This document shows positions 10,506-21,099 of a DNA stretch of 64,000 nt, piece by piece. Under the pieces are notes generated by a model. It made no database searches and had not been told where the DNA came from. It worked only from the letters and a program-made list of their open reading frames with translations. This stretch comes from Candidatus Magasanikiibacteriota bacterium (GTDB taxonomy: Bacteria > Patescibacteriota > Patescibacteriia > Magasanikbacterales > GWA2-37-8), in contig JAPLWQ010000002.1 in the NCBI GenBank assembly GCA_026396515.1, positions 9,075-73,074 on the forward strand. Direction: 5' to 3'. Both the position numbers and the translations under genes were made by a program. Each line of letters opens with the position of its first letter. Within the stretch, counting starts at the first letter, position 1.

Positions 10506-11120
10506 TTATTTTTCAGTTTTTCCCCAATTAACCATCAGTAAATTAAAATCCAAAATATCAACCAATCCATCCTGATTAGTATCGGCCGAATTGCCAATGA
10601 TATTTTTACCCCAATTAACCATGAGGGCATTAAAATCTAATATGTCAATTTTGCCATCTCGAACAATGTCTGTGCGCTTTATAGTGTTTACATACCAATC
10701 TGTTTGAGTGGCGAGGGCAACATTTACGGTAACGATATAATTTTGGGTTGAACCATCGGCGGCAGTGACAGTGTATGTTTGCGGACTTGAAAAGTTGTTA
10801 GCTGCCCCGCTGGCTGGATTAACTGACACTCCGCTCATTATAATGGTTGGCACCAGTGCAGTAACCGATGTTCCATACGGCATGGTTAAAACGATGGATT
10901 TTGAACTTTCAATTATTGTTGTTACGCCTACTTGGCCGGAGATAACGAAAGCTGTAATAACCTTGGTAGAGCTGTATGTCGTGCCTCCACCGCCACCACC
11001 ACCGCCGCCATAACCAAAAGCAATAGATATTGGTTTAATAATTGGTGTAAACAATACAATTGACACAACAATAAAAGCAACAATAAACAAATTGTAATTA
11101 TTGGGTAATATTTTTTCCAT
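10506..11120 (-). CDS. dockerin-domain secreted protein with Gly9 linker and Ig-like domain
   Basis: Two dockerin calcium-binding repeats (DIVRDGKIDILDFNALMVNWGK and DTNQDGLVDILDFNLLMVNWGK). Start placed at MEKILP (11118-11120), or MSLLKR at 11136-11138, because the track's N-terminal extension to 11318 runs through two copies of an intergenic repeat. Confidence 0.6.
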   Translation of the reverse strand: MEKILPNNYNLFIVAFIVVSIVLFTPIIKPISIAFGYGGGGGGGGGTTYSSTKVITAFVISGQVGVTTIIESSKSIVLTMPYGTSVTALVPTIIMSGVSVNPASGAANNFSSPQTYTVTAADGSTQNYIVTVNVALATQTDWYVNTIKRTDIVRDGKIDILDFNALMVNWGKNIIGNSADTNQDGLVDILDFNLLMVNWGKTEK

Positions 11121-11145
11121 TCTTTTTAATAAACTCATACAAATA

Positions 11146-11248
11146 AGCCCAAGTAGAGTATACCTGAGCTTCAAGAGCTTCTTTAAATTAGTAACAAAAA
11201 ATTTACAAAAAAAGCCCAAAATTACATATTTGAGCTTCAAGAGCTTCT
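11146..11248 (-). promoter_or_regulatory. two tandem copies of the AAGCCCAAA-N-TTGAGCTTCAAGAGCTTCT upstream motif
   Basis: Copy 1 about 11146-11182, copy 2 about 11212-11248. Same motif recurs at 15495-15532, 26496-26532, 26580-26618 and 27560-27578, always 5' of minus-strand genes. Confidence 0.5.
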
Positions 11249-11346
11249 CTATTAAATAAAGTATAGCATACTTCACTACACTTGCATATCTGGAAATATT
11301 TCCCTGTGGATAACTCACTCATGGTAGTTATGATATTGAAAAACAC

Positions 11347-13011
11347 TTACTTTACCTCGATTTGATACATTTGAAGCTGCGCGTCATTAATGAGCATCTT
11401 TAGCCTTGGAGAAGCCAAAAATTCATAGTGTAAGTTATCCACGCTGTTCAAATCCTGAAAGTAAATAATATATTTAATGTCTTGTACCTCAAAATAGTCG
11501 ATCATTTCATTTGGAACCAAAGATTGTCCATTCTTTATAACCTGATCAAGCTGAAGATAAGCTGCGTTTAACTCTTGATCGTAGATTCCTTCAAGCTCAA
11601 CACTTTTACTGACCACGGCCTTTGTTCCAAAAAATCGTTTAGCCGGATTAGCAACCAACAGATTGGCATTGAAATTCAACGATAAATAGCCGTGCCAAGG
11701 CAAAAATAAAACATGGTAGTCTGAGTTATCAACCTGAATAATATTTTTTGCCTGATACCAAGCTTCCGGATACCAGACCGCCCGCACCTGATTCCTAAAT
11801 CCACCCCACAATAGATAGCCAAACAAAACAGGGACGAACAAAATCACTATGGGAAAATATGCGACGAACTTTTCCTTTTTTTTCTGCAACCACTCAATAC
11901 AGATGCCAAGCCCTATTCCCGACAGAACCGCATAGCTTAAGGCCAATAAGCCGACAAACTTTTGACTGTCGCGAAATCCTCGCCAAAAAGGAACATGCTC
12001 ATACAATGATATATTGAAATTTTTGAATACCGTATCCCCTGCTCCGGTGGAAAAAACAAAAGCCAAAATGCCTAAGGTGGAAAAGAATATTACCCTTGGC
12101 CTAAGATCCTTATTTTTAAAACCATAAATTACGCCGATTAAAATTAAAAACCAAATGATAATAAGAGCTAGCCAAAAAACTTGATAGTCCTGCGGCCAGG
12201 CGAATTGTCTTGACCAAGGCTGGTTCTCGGCCCAAAAACCATTTAAAGATAAAATATTGACCGTAGTAGATATTTTATCGTGGCCACTGGCGGCAAAAGC
12301 CAACCAATGTTGGCGGTCAAATCGTTGTTCAAAAGCTTGCCCGCGCACTATTACGGGGATCAGCCAATAGCTGCCGAGGATTAAAAATAGTGACACGCCG
12401 CACAATAAATTCTTAAAAGTTAATTTTAAAAGGACAAGGTTATTTATGGCTAAATATTTAATAGCATAAACCAAAAACCAGACCGCCATAATCACAGCAA
12501 GCATGGTAAAAAAATGAAGCGAAAACAGACTGATTAAAAGAATAGAGACAAATAATTTTATACTACTTTTAAAACTTGGTGATTTCGTAAACTTTAAGAG
12601 CCAATGAACAAATACCGGCAATAGAGCATAGGCCATCAAATGCGTCCAATGGCCGGCTAAAAAACGCGAGTAAACAAAAGGATTCACGGTATAAAGCAAA
12701 GCCGAAAATATGCGGACTGTTTTATTTTCCGACAAAGGTAAAAACTTATATGAGAAATAGCCTAGGCCAAAAAATAAAATAAAAAGGATAATTTTTTGAA
12801 TTATCCATGCGGGAATGAAGCCACTTACAAAGTGCAATATATAGTAGAACGGTAACGCATTATTATAATTGGTTCCAGAAAATAGTGCTTTTATCTCCGG
12901 AGTAAAGACCATGTCCAAAGTCAAAATATAGCCGGGCAGTAGCATCTGCCAAAGAATGAGTATAGCAACAACTGAAAATATAAATATATTTCTATCGGGT
13001 AAATGCTTCAT
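11347..13011 (-). CDS. polytopic membrane protein, GT-C/YfhO-like putative glycosyltransferase
   Basis: 554 aa. At least 10 predicted TM helices, then a soluble C-terminal domain. Architecture typical of GT-C glycosyltransferases. Confidence 0.4.
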   Translation of the reverse strand: MKHLPDRNIFIFSVVAILILWQMLLPGYILTLDMVFTPEIKALFSGTNYNNALPFYYILHFVSGFIPAWIIQKIILFILFFGLGYFSYKFLPLSENKTVRIFSALLYTVNPFVYSRFLAGHWTHLMAYALLPVFVHWLLKFTKSPSFKSSIKLFVSILLISLFSLHFFTMLAVIMAVWFLVYAIKYLAINNLVLLKLTFKNLLCGVSLFLILGSYWLIPVIVRGQAFEQRFDRQHWLAFAASGHDKISTTVNILSLNGFWAENQPWSRQFAWPQDYQVFWLALIIIWFLILIGVIYGFKNKDLRPRVIFFSTLGILAFVFSTGAGDTVFKNFNISLYEHVPFWRGFRDSQKFVGLLALSYAVLSGIGLGICIEWLQKKKEKFVAYFPIVILFVPVLFGYLLWGGFRNQVRAVWYPEAWYQAKNIIQVDNSDYHVLFLPWHGYLSLNFNANLLVANPAKRFFGTKAVVSKSVELEGIYDQELNAAYLQLDQVIKNGQSLVPNEMIDYFEVQDIKYIIYFQDLNSVDNLHYEFLASPRLKMLINDAQLQMYQIEVK

Positions 13012-13017
13012 ACTTGG

Positions 13018-14202
13018 CTATGATCGACCCAAAACAATTTCTATGTCAGTTGGTAAATTCGGATCCTCAAGCATTTCAAGATTATTATAACTGAGGGCTA
13101 AATAATCTTTAACTATATTTGCTTTGGCAAGATTATTCACCGAATATTTAATTATTGTTGTTTGATAATCCTTCTTATCGGCATCGCCGATTTGACTGAC
13201 AACAAATCCTTGACCCTGCATGTCAGCTTGCAGTTTACGAGCTAGACCGCTGGCGGCTGTACCATTTAGAATAGAAATACTAATTTCACTATTGGTAATC
13301 AAAATTTGATCCTCTCCCAGAGTGATAATAATTTCGTCCGTTAAACTCCGATCTTCCCGATTATCCAGCCCGCTTGAATTTGGCAGCGCGGCTAATAATT
13401 CCATAACTATATTTGCGCAAGTACTACAATACTGTAGCGAAGTAAATTGACTGGGCACACTATCAATTTGTCTAATATCAACATTGGGGGTGCCTATTTT
13501 CCTAAATTTTTCAGCCAATATTCCTGCCAAACTTACTTGATCTGTAGTATATTGGACTATCACTTTAGCGCTATCCCAATTGGTTTCTATGTTTTGATAA
13601 CTACTATCAGTTGACAACAATTGATCAGTGCCAATTTTTTCCTTGGCTAAGTTCGCACCCTCTAAGCGACTATCCACCAAATCACTAATCAATTTGTCAT
13701 TAACCCTGATTCTTTTTTCCATTTTTAGATAAAAAAATGAAAGACAACCCACAAACACAAACAAAACTAAAAAAACTGCTCCTATAGAAAAACGAATTAT
13801 TTTCTTCCTATCCCATAATTCCATTGGTTTGGTAATGGTTACTATTTCAGTCTTATCTTTTGAAAAAATTGAATCCTTGAAATGCTGAACGATCTGCAAG
13901 ACAACGCCCAAGGCCAGCATATAATAAGCATAAACAGCCATCTCTTCGGCTAAGGATTTCTTTTCATAAGCCAATAAAAAAGGACAGGTAATCAAAAAGA
14001 TTAATCCCAGGCCAACAAACACCCGGCTATCCCAGCCAAGTAGTAAAATGGCTATCGCTAAACCAATGATAAAAGATAAAAATATATTGCCTGAAAGTAG
14101 ATAGACGGTTATCAAAATCGTGATAGCAATACCAGTTTTTACTATGTGTTCCTTGAAATCGTTACAAATTATATTGATAATACGTAAAAAAAATCTAACC
14201 AT
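13018..14202 (-). CDS. membrane protein with C-terminal LytR_C domain
   Basis: 394 aa. N-terminal TM helices. C-terminal ISILNGTAASGLARKLQADMQGQGFVV ... DIEIVLGRS matches the LytR_C pattern. Confidence 0.5.
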   Translation of the reverse strand: MVRFFLRIINIICNDFKEHIVKTGIAITILITVYLLSGNIFLSFIIGLAIAILLLGWDSRVFVGLGLIFLITCPFLLAYEKKSLAEEMAVYAYYMLALGVVLQIVQHFKDSIFSKDKTEIVTITKPMELWDRKKIIRFSIGAVFLVLFVFVGCLSFFYLKMEKRIRVNDKLISDLVDSRLEGANLAKEKIGTDQLLSTDSSYQNIETNWDSAKVIVQYTTDQVSLAGILAEKFRKIGTPNVDIRQIDSVPSQFTSLQYCSTCANIVMELLAALPNSSGLDNREDRSLTDEIIITLGEDQILITNSEISISILNGTAASGLARKLQADMQGQGFVVSQIGDADKKDYQTTIIKYSVNNLAKANIVKDYLALSYNNLEMLEDPNLPTDIEIVLGRS

Positions 14203-14243
14203 AGAAACTTAAGCCAAAATATTTATATTTTCTTTATTACTTA

Positions 14244-15467
14244 TTACTTCTTTTTAAACTGGAAATCATCAAATAAACTCTGAGCACTATCTATCACCGC
14301 AATACCAATACCACCACCCCTAAACTCAGCATCCCTCATCTCACCTAATTTTTCGTATTTTTGACCATCAGTAGAAAAATAAAATTCAATCAGGTCGCCA
14401 CCGGACTCGGCTCTGAGCCAGTATTTCTTATCCCGAGCAAAAGTCATATTAGTTAGTGATCCTTCGACGGCTAAAGTCGCATCGGGCAGCGAGCCTTGCT
14501 CTTTGGGTGACCAGCCGGCTTTATTTCTTTTCAAAATCTGCCAATTACTTTTCTTTTCTCCGCCGATTAATAAATAGTAGCCATAAGTATTGTTGTAATC
14601 ACCACGGACAAAAAGCCCCGAACGACCAGCTGATTGGGGTGAAACAGTGGCTGAAAAAATATAATCATCGGTATTTTCTATATCTTTGAGAATGGCTACA
14701 CTAGCGCCGATATTGCGCGCTAATAGTATTGGCTTCCCCACTTGATCGGCTAAGCTGAAAAACATACTGGGATTCAAAACTCGCCATTGATTAAGAAAAT
14801 CTAGATTGTTGATACTTTTCAATATATCCAATCTAGCTAGAAATATTGAACCCGGCCGAGAGAGCGCATAAAATCTGACTTTGGCTACCTGCGACCAATC
14901 AAAAGTGCTGTCTTTGGCTTCGGCAAAAATAAATTTCTCTCTGGGAATCTGAATCAAATTCCAACCATTTTTTAAATTGGCCAGAGAATAGCGATAATAA
15001 CTTTTCAAATCTAAATCCCCAAAATCGATAATCGCTGTTTCAAAAGCATCAGTATCAGTGACGTGAAGCATAAACTCTATCTGCTTCATATTGGTCAAAT
15101 CCAAATTTTTTTCTAAAGTAATAGTCACAGCCTTCCGGTCCGTACTGATCAGACCAATACTTCTGGCTCCTTCGTAGAATATCTTTTCATCAAGCACGCC
15201 GTTTCCTTGCCACGTCGTGGTTTCGCTTTTTTCAAAATTACTAATTATAGTAATAGCATTTTGACTATAAGCACTACTATCTAAAGCAAAATCCGCATCA
15301 GCTATGGGCTGAACTTCTACCACCTGACCAGACTCGACGACATTATCAGCTACCGAAGCGGAAAAATATTTTGGCATCACAAAAAATTTGATGACTACTA
15401 AAATTATACCCAAAATAAAAACTACTAGCAAAATAGTCACATACTTTTTATTGCTTTTTTCATCCAT
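14244..15467 (-). CDS. membrane-anchored protein with two beta-sandwich domains
   Basis: 407 aa. N-terminal signal anchor. No catalytic motif recognised. Preceded by an upstream motif copy and a TATAAT about 8 nt before the ATG. Confidence 0.4.
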   Translation of the reverse strand: MDEKSNKKYVTILLVVFILGIILVVIKFFVMPKYFSASVADNVVESGQVVEVQPIADADFALDSSAYSQNAITIISNFEKSETTTWQGNGVLDEKIFYEGARSIGLISTDRKAVTITLEKNLDLTNMKQIEFMLHVTDTDAFETAIIDFGDLDLKSYYRYSLANLKNGWNLIQIPREKFIFAEAKDSTFDWSQVAKVRFYALSRPGSIFLARLDILKSINNLDFLNQWRVLNPSMFFSLADQVGKPILLARNIGASVAILKDIENTDDYIFSATVSPQSAGRSGLFVRGDYNNTYGYYLLIGGEKKSNWQILKRNKAGWSPKEQGSLPDATLAVEGSLTNMTFARDKKYWLRAESGGDLIEFYFSTDGQKYEKLGEMRDAEFRGGGIGIAVIDSAQSLFDDFQFKKK

Positions 15468-15494
15468 AAATTTAAATTATAAATTTTAAAATAA

Positions 15495-15532
15495 AAGCCC
15501 AAACAAAATTTGCTTGAGCTTCTAGAGCTTCT
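15495..15532 (-). promoter_or_regulatory. upstream motif copy (AAGCCCAAACAAAATTTGCTTGAGCTTCTAGAGCTTCT)
   Basis: On the coding (minus) strand it reads AGAAGCTCTAGAAGCTCAAGCAAATTTTGTTTGGGCTTTTATTTTAAAATTTATAATTTAAATTTATG, i.e. motif, TTGTTT, 19 nt, TATAAT, 8 nt, ATG of 14244..15467. Confidence 0.5.
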
Positions 15533-18398
15533 TTAAGGGGGGTATTCTGTCCACCCTATTTACTTTCCTTATTGTATACCAATGATATGCGTTTGCCAAT
15601 AGATACAATAGGCAAGCCAGCAAGGTCAGACCTGAAATTACCAGACCAATATAAAAGAATTTCTGGGGCTCAAATTCAATATAAACCGAGAAGTCATAGG
15701 TACCGTCGACATTCTTGGCAATCTTTCCCTGTTTCTCCAATTCACCTACATCAATCCACCAAGAATTGGCAAAACCATTAATCAATAAGTGCTTTTCGTC
15801 CAAGACCGGTTTTCTAAACAATACGTCATAGAACTTGCCACCATTTAAATTTTCATTTTGAATGGTGCCTTGATTATTTTCACTAATAAATTTTCCTGTT
15901 CCCTGTGTAGCCAAGGCTGGCTGAATATATATTTTCCACCCCGGATGAAAACTCTCGGAAAATATCAAGGGAAAAGATTCGCTGGCGCCGTGGACATTAA
16001 CAATATATTTCGTGGGGTTGATTTGCTTGTATTCCAATTGGGGTGTTTTGATTGGCTCGGTCAAATTTTCAGCCGAAAGCACAATATCGCCGGAGTTGAT
16101 GGCGTCTACTACTGTAGTGCCTATATACAGATTGAATAGATGCTCGCCTTTTTCTAACTCTATCTGAGCAAAATATTTCCAGCCATCTTTATCTGTCCCT
16201 TTGGTGTTTTGCTGTAATATTCTATCAGCTACTTGGATATTAATATTTTTGTTATTAGCCAAAACACTGTCCGACTTCAAATATATTTTGTAATTTGCTT
16301 TGATTGGAATATTTAATTTATAATCCTTAAAAAATAAATTGTTGGCATACAAGTCCAAATCGCTTTGCATTTTTTTTTGTTCTTTAGCATCGGTCGTCAC
16401 ATCAACCGCCAATTTCATTTCGGCTATTTTGGCTGGATTGGCTTGTATGGCAATTAAAACACTGCTAATCTTTTCTGAAATCAATTTAGCATTATTTGAC
16501 TCATCTAATTTAAAATCAGAAAAAAGAATTCCATTCTTTAAGGGGTAATTATTGAATGAAAGAGCTTGATTAATAGATTCTACATCGTTTCCTATGTACG
16601 AAATAGTTTCTGACGAATATATATGTGGCAAGAAATAATTATCTTTAACCCTATAAAGATCTAATTCACCAAATTTATTTTCAAAAATTAAATCATCTCT
16701 TGCTAAAAGCATTTCTTTTATTTTTTCTGGAGGGATAATATCGTAGTATTTCCAATCTATATCATTTCTTTGAACAATATAATTTACATTAATTATCGAT
16801 AACATACCAGTGAATGCGTTCTTATCTGTAAAACTATCATAAACCAATTCTGTCAATCTTTTATACCCCCAAGATCCACCCCTAGTTTCTATACTAGGCC
16901 TATTTATTAAAGCGTTTGCAATACTTCCTTTTGGGCTACCCCATTTGAACACGCCAAAGTATGAATCAGGAAACATAAGAACTCTAAAATCTTGAGGCTG
17001 GGTATTCAGGTAATCTCCAATTTCATACCAATACGATGGCACTGTTTGAAACTTTTTATTATCAAATATCTTGCCCTTCCACAGAGGAAAGGAATTTAAT
17101 AGAATAAGACCAAAAGCCAAAGAAACAAAGATTACAGGTAGCGCTTTATGAAAAATTTTGCGCTCATTTTCAAACTTCTTTTTGAGATACGCATATATAG
17201 ATGAAATAAAACACCCAAACAACACCGAATAGACAAAAGCAATAATCGCTACGGATTTGTATCCATTTCTAAAAATACTAAATAATGGAACATGCTCATA
17301 ACACCATAAGTAAATTCTGCCGGTTATAGAAGTACTTGTAATAGGGTAGGCGCCTACCGCCATTGCCGAGAAAAATACCAACAGTAGTAATAAATATAGT
17401 CTTCCACTTTTTGAACGTATAAAAAATAGCCCGAAAATTGACAAAATAGCAAAAAGAAATGTACCAAATATTATAATAGGGCTTGTGCTGTAATAATTTG
17501 CAAATGATATATTCGGCACGCCTTTATATTGGCCGTAGAAACCCATATCTCCCAATAATCTAAAAGTTTCTAAATTGCTTGAGTGCCGATTATATATTTC
17601 TGTGGTCTCTACCCCCAGTGCCTCTTCAACATAGCCGTGATTTGATATACTGTTTTTTGCAAGTGGCATTATCCACCATGCAGATATTAGTAATGTTAAA
17701 GTTAATAATAGAATATTAATTTTTATAATACGTAAGTAATTAATATTTTTATTCATAATCAGGTAGACTAAAAGAAAAATAGAAATAGCAATTACATCGA
17801 TAACAATGAGTGTCAAATTAATATTTGAGAGAATAATTGTAGACAAGCTTAATAAAACTGCATAGTAAATATAAGTTTTCTCTTTTTTAAATCCATTTAT
17901 ATATAAACCAAGTAATAACGGAAAAACTACATAACCTATCACCATCGTTGACGCTACTATCAGCATCCTTATCAGGAAAAAACTATACATATATGTCACT
18001 GAAGAAATGATCCTAAGCAATCGTTTTTCTTTTCCAAAAAAAACTCCAATAAAATAATACATTGATGTTCCGGCAATAAATAATAGAAAACCGAGCCAGA
18101 TTTGCTTCACTACAAACGAGGAAATATTTATCTCAAACAAAGATACATTTAGAATATTATAAAAATTAGCTACGGCAAAAATTGGAGCGCCAAAGATAAA
18201 ATTTTTATCCCATAAAAAGGTCTTTCTTAAAAATGAATTCAAAGGGTTAATATCGTACCCTATGTCTGTCTCAGAGATAATCACATTGTGATATCTAAGA
18301 AATGGAATTATCGACAATATTAGAAAAAATATAACAACAAATATAATCGGATGATTGAGTAAGTACTTATACCACTTTATTATTATCGTAGTTATCAT
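15522..18398 (-). CDS. large polytopic membrane protein, GT-C-like, with large extracytoplasmic C-terminal domain
   Basis: 958 aa. About 13 TM helices in the first ~450 aa, then a ~450-aa soluble domain and a terminal TM. Resembles arabinosyl/mannosyl-transferase-type GT-C enzymes. Confidence 0.4.
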   Translation of the reverse strand: MITTIIIKWYKYLLNHPIIFVVIFFLILSIIPFLRYHNVIISETDIGYDINPLNSFLRKTFLWDKNFIFGAPIFAVANFYNILNVSLFEINISSFVVKQIWLGFLLFIAGTSMYYFIGVFFGKEKRLLRIISSVTYMYSFFLIRMLIVASTMVIGYVVFPLLLGLYINGFKKEKTYIYYAVLLSLSTIILSNINLTLIVIDVIAISIFLLVYLIMNKNINYLRIIKINILLLTLTLLISAWWIMPLAKNSISNHGYVEEALGVETTEIYNRHSSNLETFRLLGDMGFYGQYKGVPNISFANYYSTSPIIIFGTFLFAILSIFGLFFIRSKSGRLYLLLLLVFFSAMAVGAYPITSTSITGRIYLWCYEHVPLFSIFRNGYKSVAIIAFVYSVLFGCFISSIYAYLKKKFENERKIFHKALPVIFVSLAFGLILLNSFPLWKGKIFDNKKFQTVPSYWYEIGDYLNTQPQDFRVLMFPDSYFGVFKWGSPKGSIANALINRPSIETRGGSWGYKRLTELVYDSFTDKNAFTGMLSIINVNYIVQRNDIDWKYYDIIPPEKIKEMLLARDDLIFENKFGELDLYRVKDNYFLPHIYSSETISYIGNDVESINQALSFNNYPLKNGILFSDFKLDESNNAKLISEKISSVLIAIQANPAKIAEMKLAVDVTTDAKEQKKMQSDLDLYANNLFFKDYKLNIPIKANYKIYLKSDSVLANNKNINIQVADRILQQNTKGTDKDGWKYFAQIELEKGEHLFNLYIGTTVVDAINSGDIVLSAENLTEPIKTPQLEYKQINPTKYIVNVHGASESFPLIFSESFHPGWKIYIQPALATQGTGKFISENNQGTIQNENLNGGKFYDVLFRKPVLDEKHLLINGFANSWWIDVGELEKQGKIAKNVDGTYDFSVYIEFEPQKFFYIGLVISGLTLLACLLYLLANAYHWYTIRKVNRVDRIPPLKKL

Positions 18399-18420
18399 TT
18401 TCTTCGATTACATTATATAT

Positions 18421-19122
18421 TTATTTTCTCAATATAAAAATATTATTTGCCGACAAGCTTTTAGATACTAGACAAATAAATCTATCAAAAACATTATCCC
18501 AGACAGGAACCGATTTTATTCGAATTATTTTTAATCCTTTTAGTTTTAACAAATCTTTTAATGCTCCGTACGTAAATATTCGGATATGTCCCTCTGTTTT
18601 ATTTAGCTGACCGAAGACTTTAATCATTCTCCCCAATTTAACTTCCGAGGAGTTTTCAAGAAAGAACGGTGATATTCCAAAAAGCAACATGATTCTATTT
18701 AGGTAATATCCCAGATTTGGGGTTGATATAATTATAATACTCTTCTCATGCATAAGTTCTTTTATCTCATCTAATAAACTATCAGGACTAAACAAATGCT
18801 CAAGTACTTCTCCGCAAATAATTACATCAAATTTTTCCTCCGTATATTTATCTGCTAATTTTTCTTCGTTTAGATTTATCTTTTGATAATCATCAATTTC
18901 AATATTGATTTTGTCATAGAAATCACACCCATAATATTTATCTTCATTTCGCTTATGTCTAAATATTTCACAATTATGCCCGCAACCGATGTCTAATATT
19001 TTTATTGGAAGAGAGAAATGTTCATTTTTATACTCCAAATATTGATTAATAATGTGTTTTAATCTAATATTCATCCCCGAGGCCGTCTGTCGTTTAGATA
19101 AAAATTCTTTTGTATTTTTCAT
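18421..19122 (-). CDS. class I SAM-dependent methyltransferase
   Basis: 233 aa. Motif I ILDIGCGHN, acidic motif DVIICGEVLEHL. Confidence 0.7.
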   Translation of the reverse strand: MKNTKEFLSKRQTASGMNIRLKHIINQYLEYKNEHFSLPIKILDIGCGHNCEIFRHKRNEDKYYGCDFYDKINIEIDDYQKINLNEEKLADKYTEEKFDVIICGEVLEHLFSPDSLLDEIKELMHEKSIIIISTPNLGYYLNRIMLLFGISPFFLENSSEVKLGRMIKVFGQLNKTEGHIRIFTYGALKDLLKLKGLKIIRIKSVPVWDNVFDRFICLVSKSLSANNIFILRK

Positions 19123-19133
19123 AATATTTGCAT

Positions 19134-20393
19134 TTATGAAATAGTTTTGATTATTTCTTGGAAAACTCTTTCGGAACTTTTTCCATCTTGATATCTATTA
19201 AAATCCCTATTAACTAACAATCGCCTCTGCTTATAGTTATCCACTCCATTTAAAATGTCCTGCACGTATTCTACTACTTCGTCCCAATCATTTGCCTTCG
19301 GTCCGGGAGTTACCGAATTGTAGTCGTAATAAAACCCACGCAACTTTTCGTATAGTACTAAATCAAACGGAGTAAATACTACTGGCCTATTTAATAGTAG
19401 AAAGTCAAAGTAAACACTTGAATAATCAGTTAATAAAATATCTGTTTTGGGCAATATTTCATAGATATCTTCAATCTGACTTAAGGATATGTTTTTTGCA
19501 TTTGCGAATAAATCAGCAATTTTTTTTGATTGCTTTTCATCGCAAGCGTGCAATTTGATGATAAAATTAGCATTGTTCCTTTCTAAAAAGGAATCGAACT
19601 TCTCCAAATTGAATTTGTACTGACCAAAAAAGTCGAAGTTTTTGTCATATTCCCTCCATGTCGGTAGATAGAATAGTAATTTTTTCTTGTTTTTACTTTC
19701 TATTTTTTCAAATAAAACATCATTCCTTGGCTGACCTGTAGTTTTAATATTTTTATGTCCAAAAATGGGTAGCTCTGCATAGATTTTTTTATTCTTATCG
19801 GTGGCACTAATTATCAAATCTGATTCTCTGCCTATATATTGCAGAATGATCCAGCTTATGATTCTTTTGTTAAAACTGGAAACCTTTAGTAATTCTTCGG
19901 AGGTTTTTCCATACCACGCTTGAATAATTTTATTTTTTAATTGAAATAAATAAGTAGCAATACTTGCATCTAAAGTTAGCCGTTTTAGGGGCGTTCCATG
20001 CCACAACTGAATAATTTTACTTTTTGAAGAAAATAAATAGGAGGTAGAGTTAACATCAAAAAATGATGTTGTGAGAACTAAAACTTTTGCCACAATACTA
20101 TAATATATTCCGTTTACTGAATAGAATTTGTAAACCTCAAAATTTTCTTTTCGTAATTTTTGAACTATATAGTCACTTTTTGTTAACCATATCGGACGGA
20201 TAATTTTTTCATTAACATTTACATATTCAAATAATGCTCTTGAATTATCGTTATATTTTGTCCCGTTGCCGGTACCAAAAATCCATATTTTGTTATTTTT
20301 TTTAACCAGTAAACCAACCAGATACAATGGCAAAAAAATAATTTTCAATAATAGTGCGGATAATTTGATAAAATAATTATTGCAATTTTTCAT
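19134..20393 (-). CDS. CDP-glycerol glycerophosphotransferase (TagB/TagF family)
   Basis: 419 aa. Conserved blocks HGTPLKRL, YLPTWREYD, ILLTDYSSVYFDF. Confidence 0.7.
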   Translation of the reverse strand: MKNCNNYFIKLSALLLKIIFLPLYLVGLLVKKNNKIWIFGTGNGTKYNDNSRALFEYVNVNEKIIRPIWLTKSDYIVQKLRKENFEVYKFYSVNGIYYSIVAKVLVLTTSFFDVNSTSYLFSSKSKIIQLWHGTPLKRLTLDASIATYLFQLKNKIIQAWYGKTSEELLKVSSFNKRIISWIILQYIGRESDLIISATDKNKKIYAELPIFGHKNIKTTGQPRNDVLFEKIESKNKKKLLFYLPTWREYDKNFDFFGQYKFNLEKFDSFLERNNANFIIKLHACDEKQSKKIADLFANAKNISLSQIEDIYEILPKTDILLTDYSSVYFDFLLLNRPVVFTPFDLVLYEKLRGFYYDYNSVTPGPKANDWDEVVEYVQDILNGVDNYKQRRLLVNRDFNRYQDGKSSERVFQEIIKTIS

Positions 20394-21099
20394 TTATTTT
20401 CAATTTATACAATATTTGATTTGCAAATAATGACGGGAGAAGATTTTCTAAAAATATGAATGGTTTATAGCCCAAACCACACGAAACAATTTTTAATTCA
20501 ACTTCAAAACCATGGTAATTCGACCAATAAATAAAATCTTTCAATGTCCAAAATCTGATATGCTCTTTTACATTCTGCTGGATCATAACAAGCGGAAATC
20601 TACCGAACAATAATCTTAGCCTATGAAGAAGAAACCCCGCATTCGGAATCGACACAAAAACTGATTTATCAAAATGATTCTTTATAGCTAGAATAACTTT
20701 TTCAGGATCCTGAATATGTTCCAAGACCTCTGTCAGTATTATGTAATCAAATTTCTTCTCGGCTAAAAAATTTGTAAAATCCTCAGCTAAAACATTCATC
20801 TCAAAAGCGTCAAATCCTTTTTTTTTAACATATTCAACCGCTTTTTTTGAAATATCTATGCCGACAATTTCTTTTGGTTTATTGTTTTTACTTAAATATT
20901 CAATGATTGTTCCGTCGCCGCAACCAATGTCCAGTATTTTGCTGTCTGGCTCGATATATGTAGAAATTATTTTGGCTCTGCCCAATGAAGGCGCATGAAA
21001 ACCTCTATTTTCCCAATACTCATCATAATCTTTAAAATTATTATCAAGAGGCATCGGCTTGAATATTCCTTGCAATAATATCGAAATTTTTTTTATCAT
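20377..21099 (-). CDS. class I SAM-dependent methyltransferase
   Basis: 240 aa. ILDIGCGDGT and DYIILTEVLEHI motifs. Overlaps neighbours by 17 nt and 4 nt, consistent with an operon. Confidence 0.65.
   Translation of the reverse strand: MIKKISILLQGIFKPMPLDNNFKDYDEYWENRGFHAPSLGRAKIISTYIEPDSKILDIGCGDGTIIEYLSKNNKPKEIVGIDISKKAVEYVKKKGFDAFEMNVLAEDFTNFLAEKKFDYIILTEVLEHIQDPEKVILAIKNHFDKSVFVSIPNAGFLLHRLRLLFGRFPLVMIQQNVKEHIRFWTLKDFIYWSNYHGFEVELKIVSCGLGYKPFIFLENLLPSLFANQILYKLKINEKLQ

Noticed and set aside
10990-11030. (GGN)9 poly-glycine-coding tract in the dockerin protein as a slippage-prone contingency locus
   Set aside because: It is an imperfect trinucleotide run (CCACCGCCACCACCACCGCCGCC), more likely a flexible Gly linker than a phase-variation switch.
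11121-11318. N-terminal 66 aa of track ORF 10506..11318 (KLLKLKYV / KLLKLRYT)
   Set aside because: The sequence is the translation of two copies of the GAGCTTC intergenic motif. A Met with signal-peptide-like sequence follows at 11118-11120.
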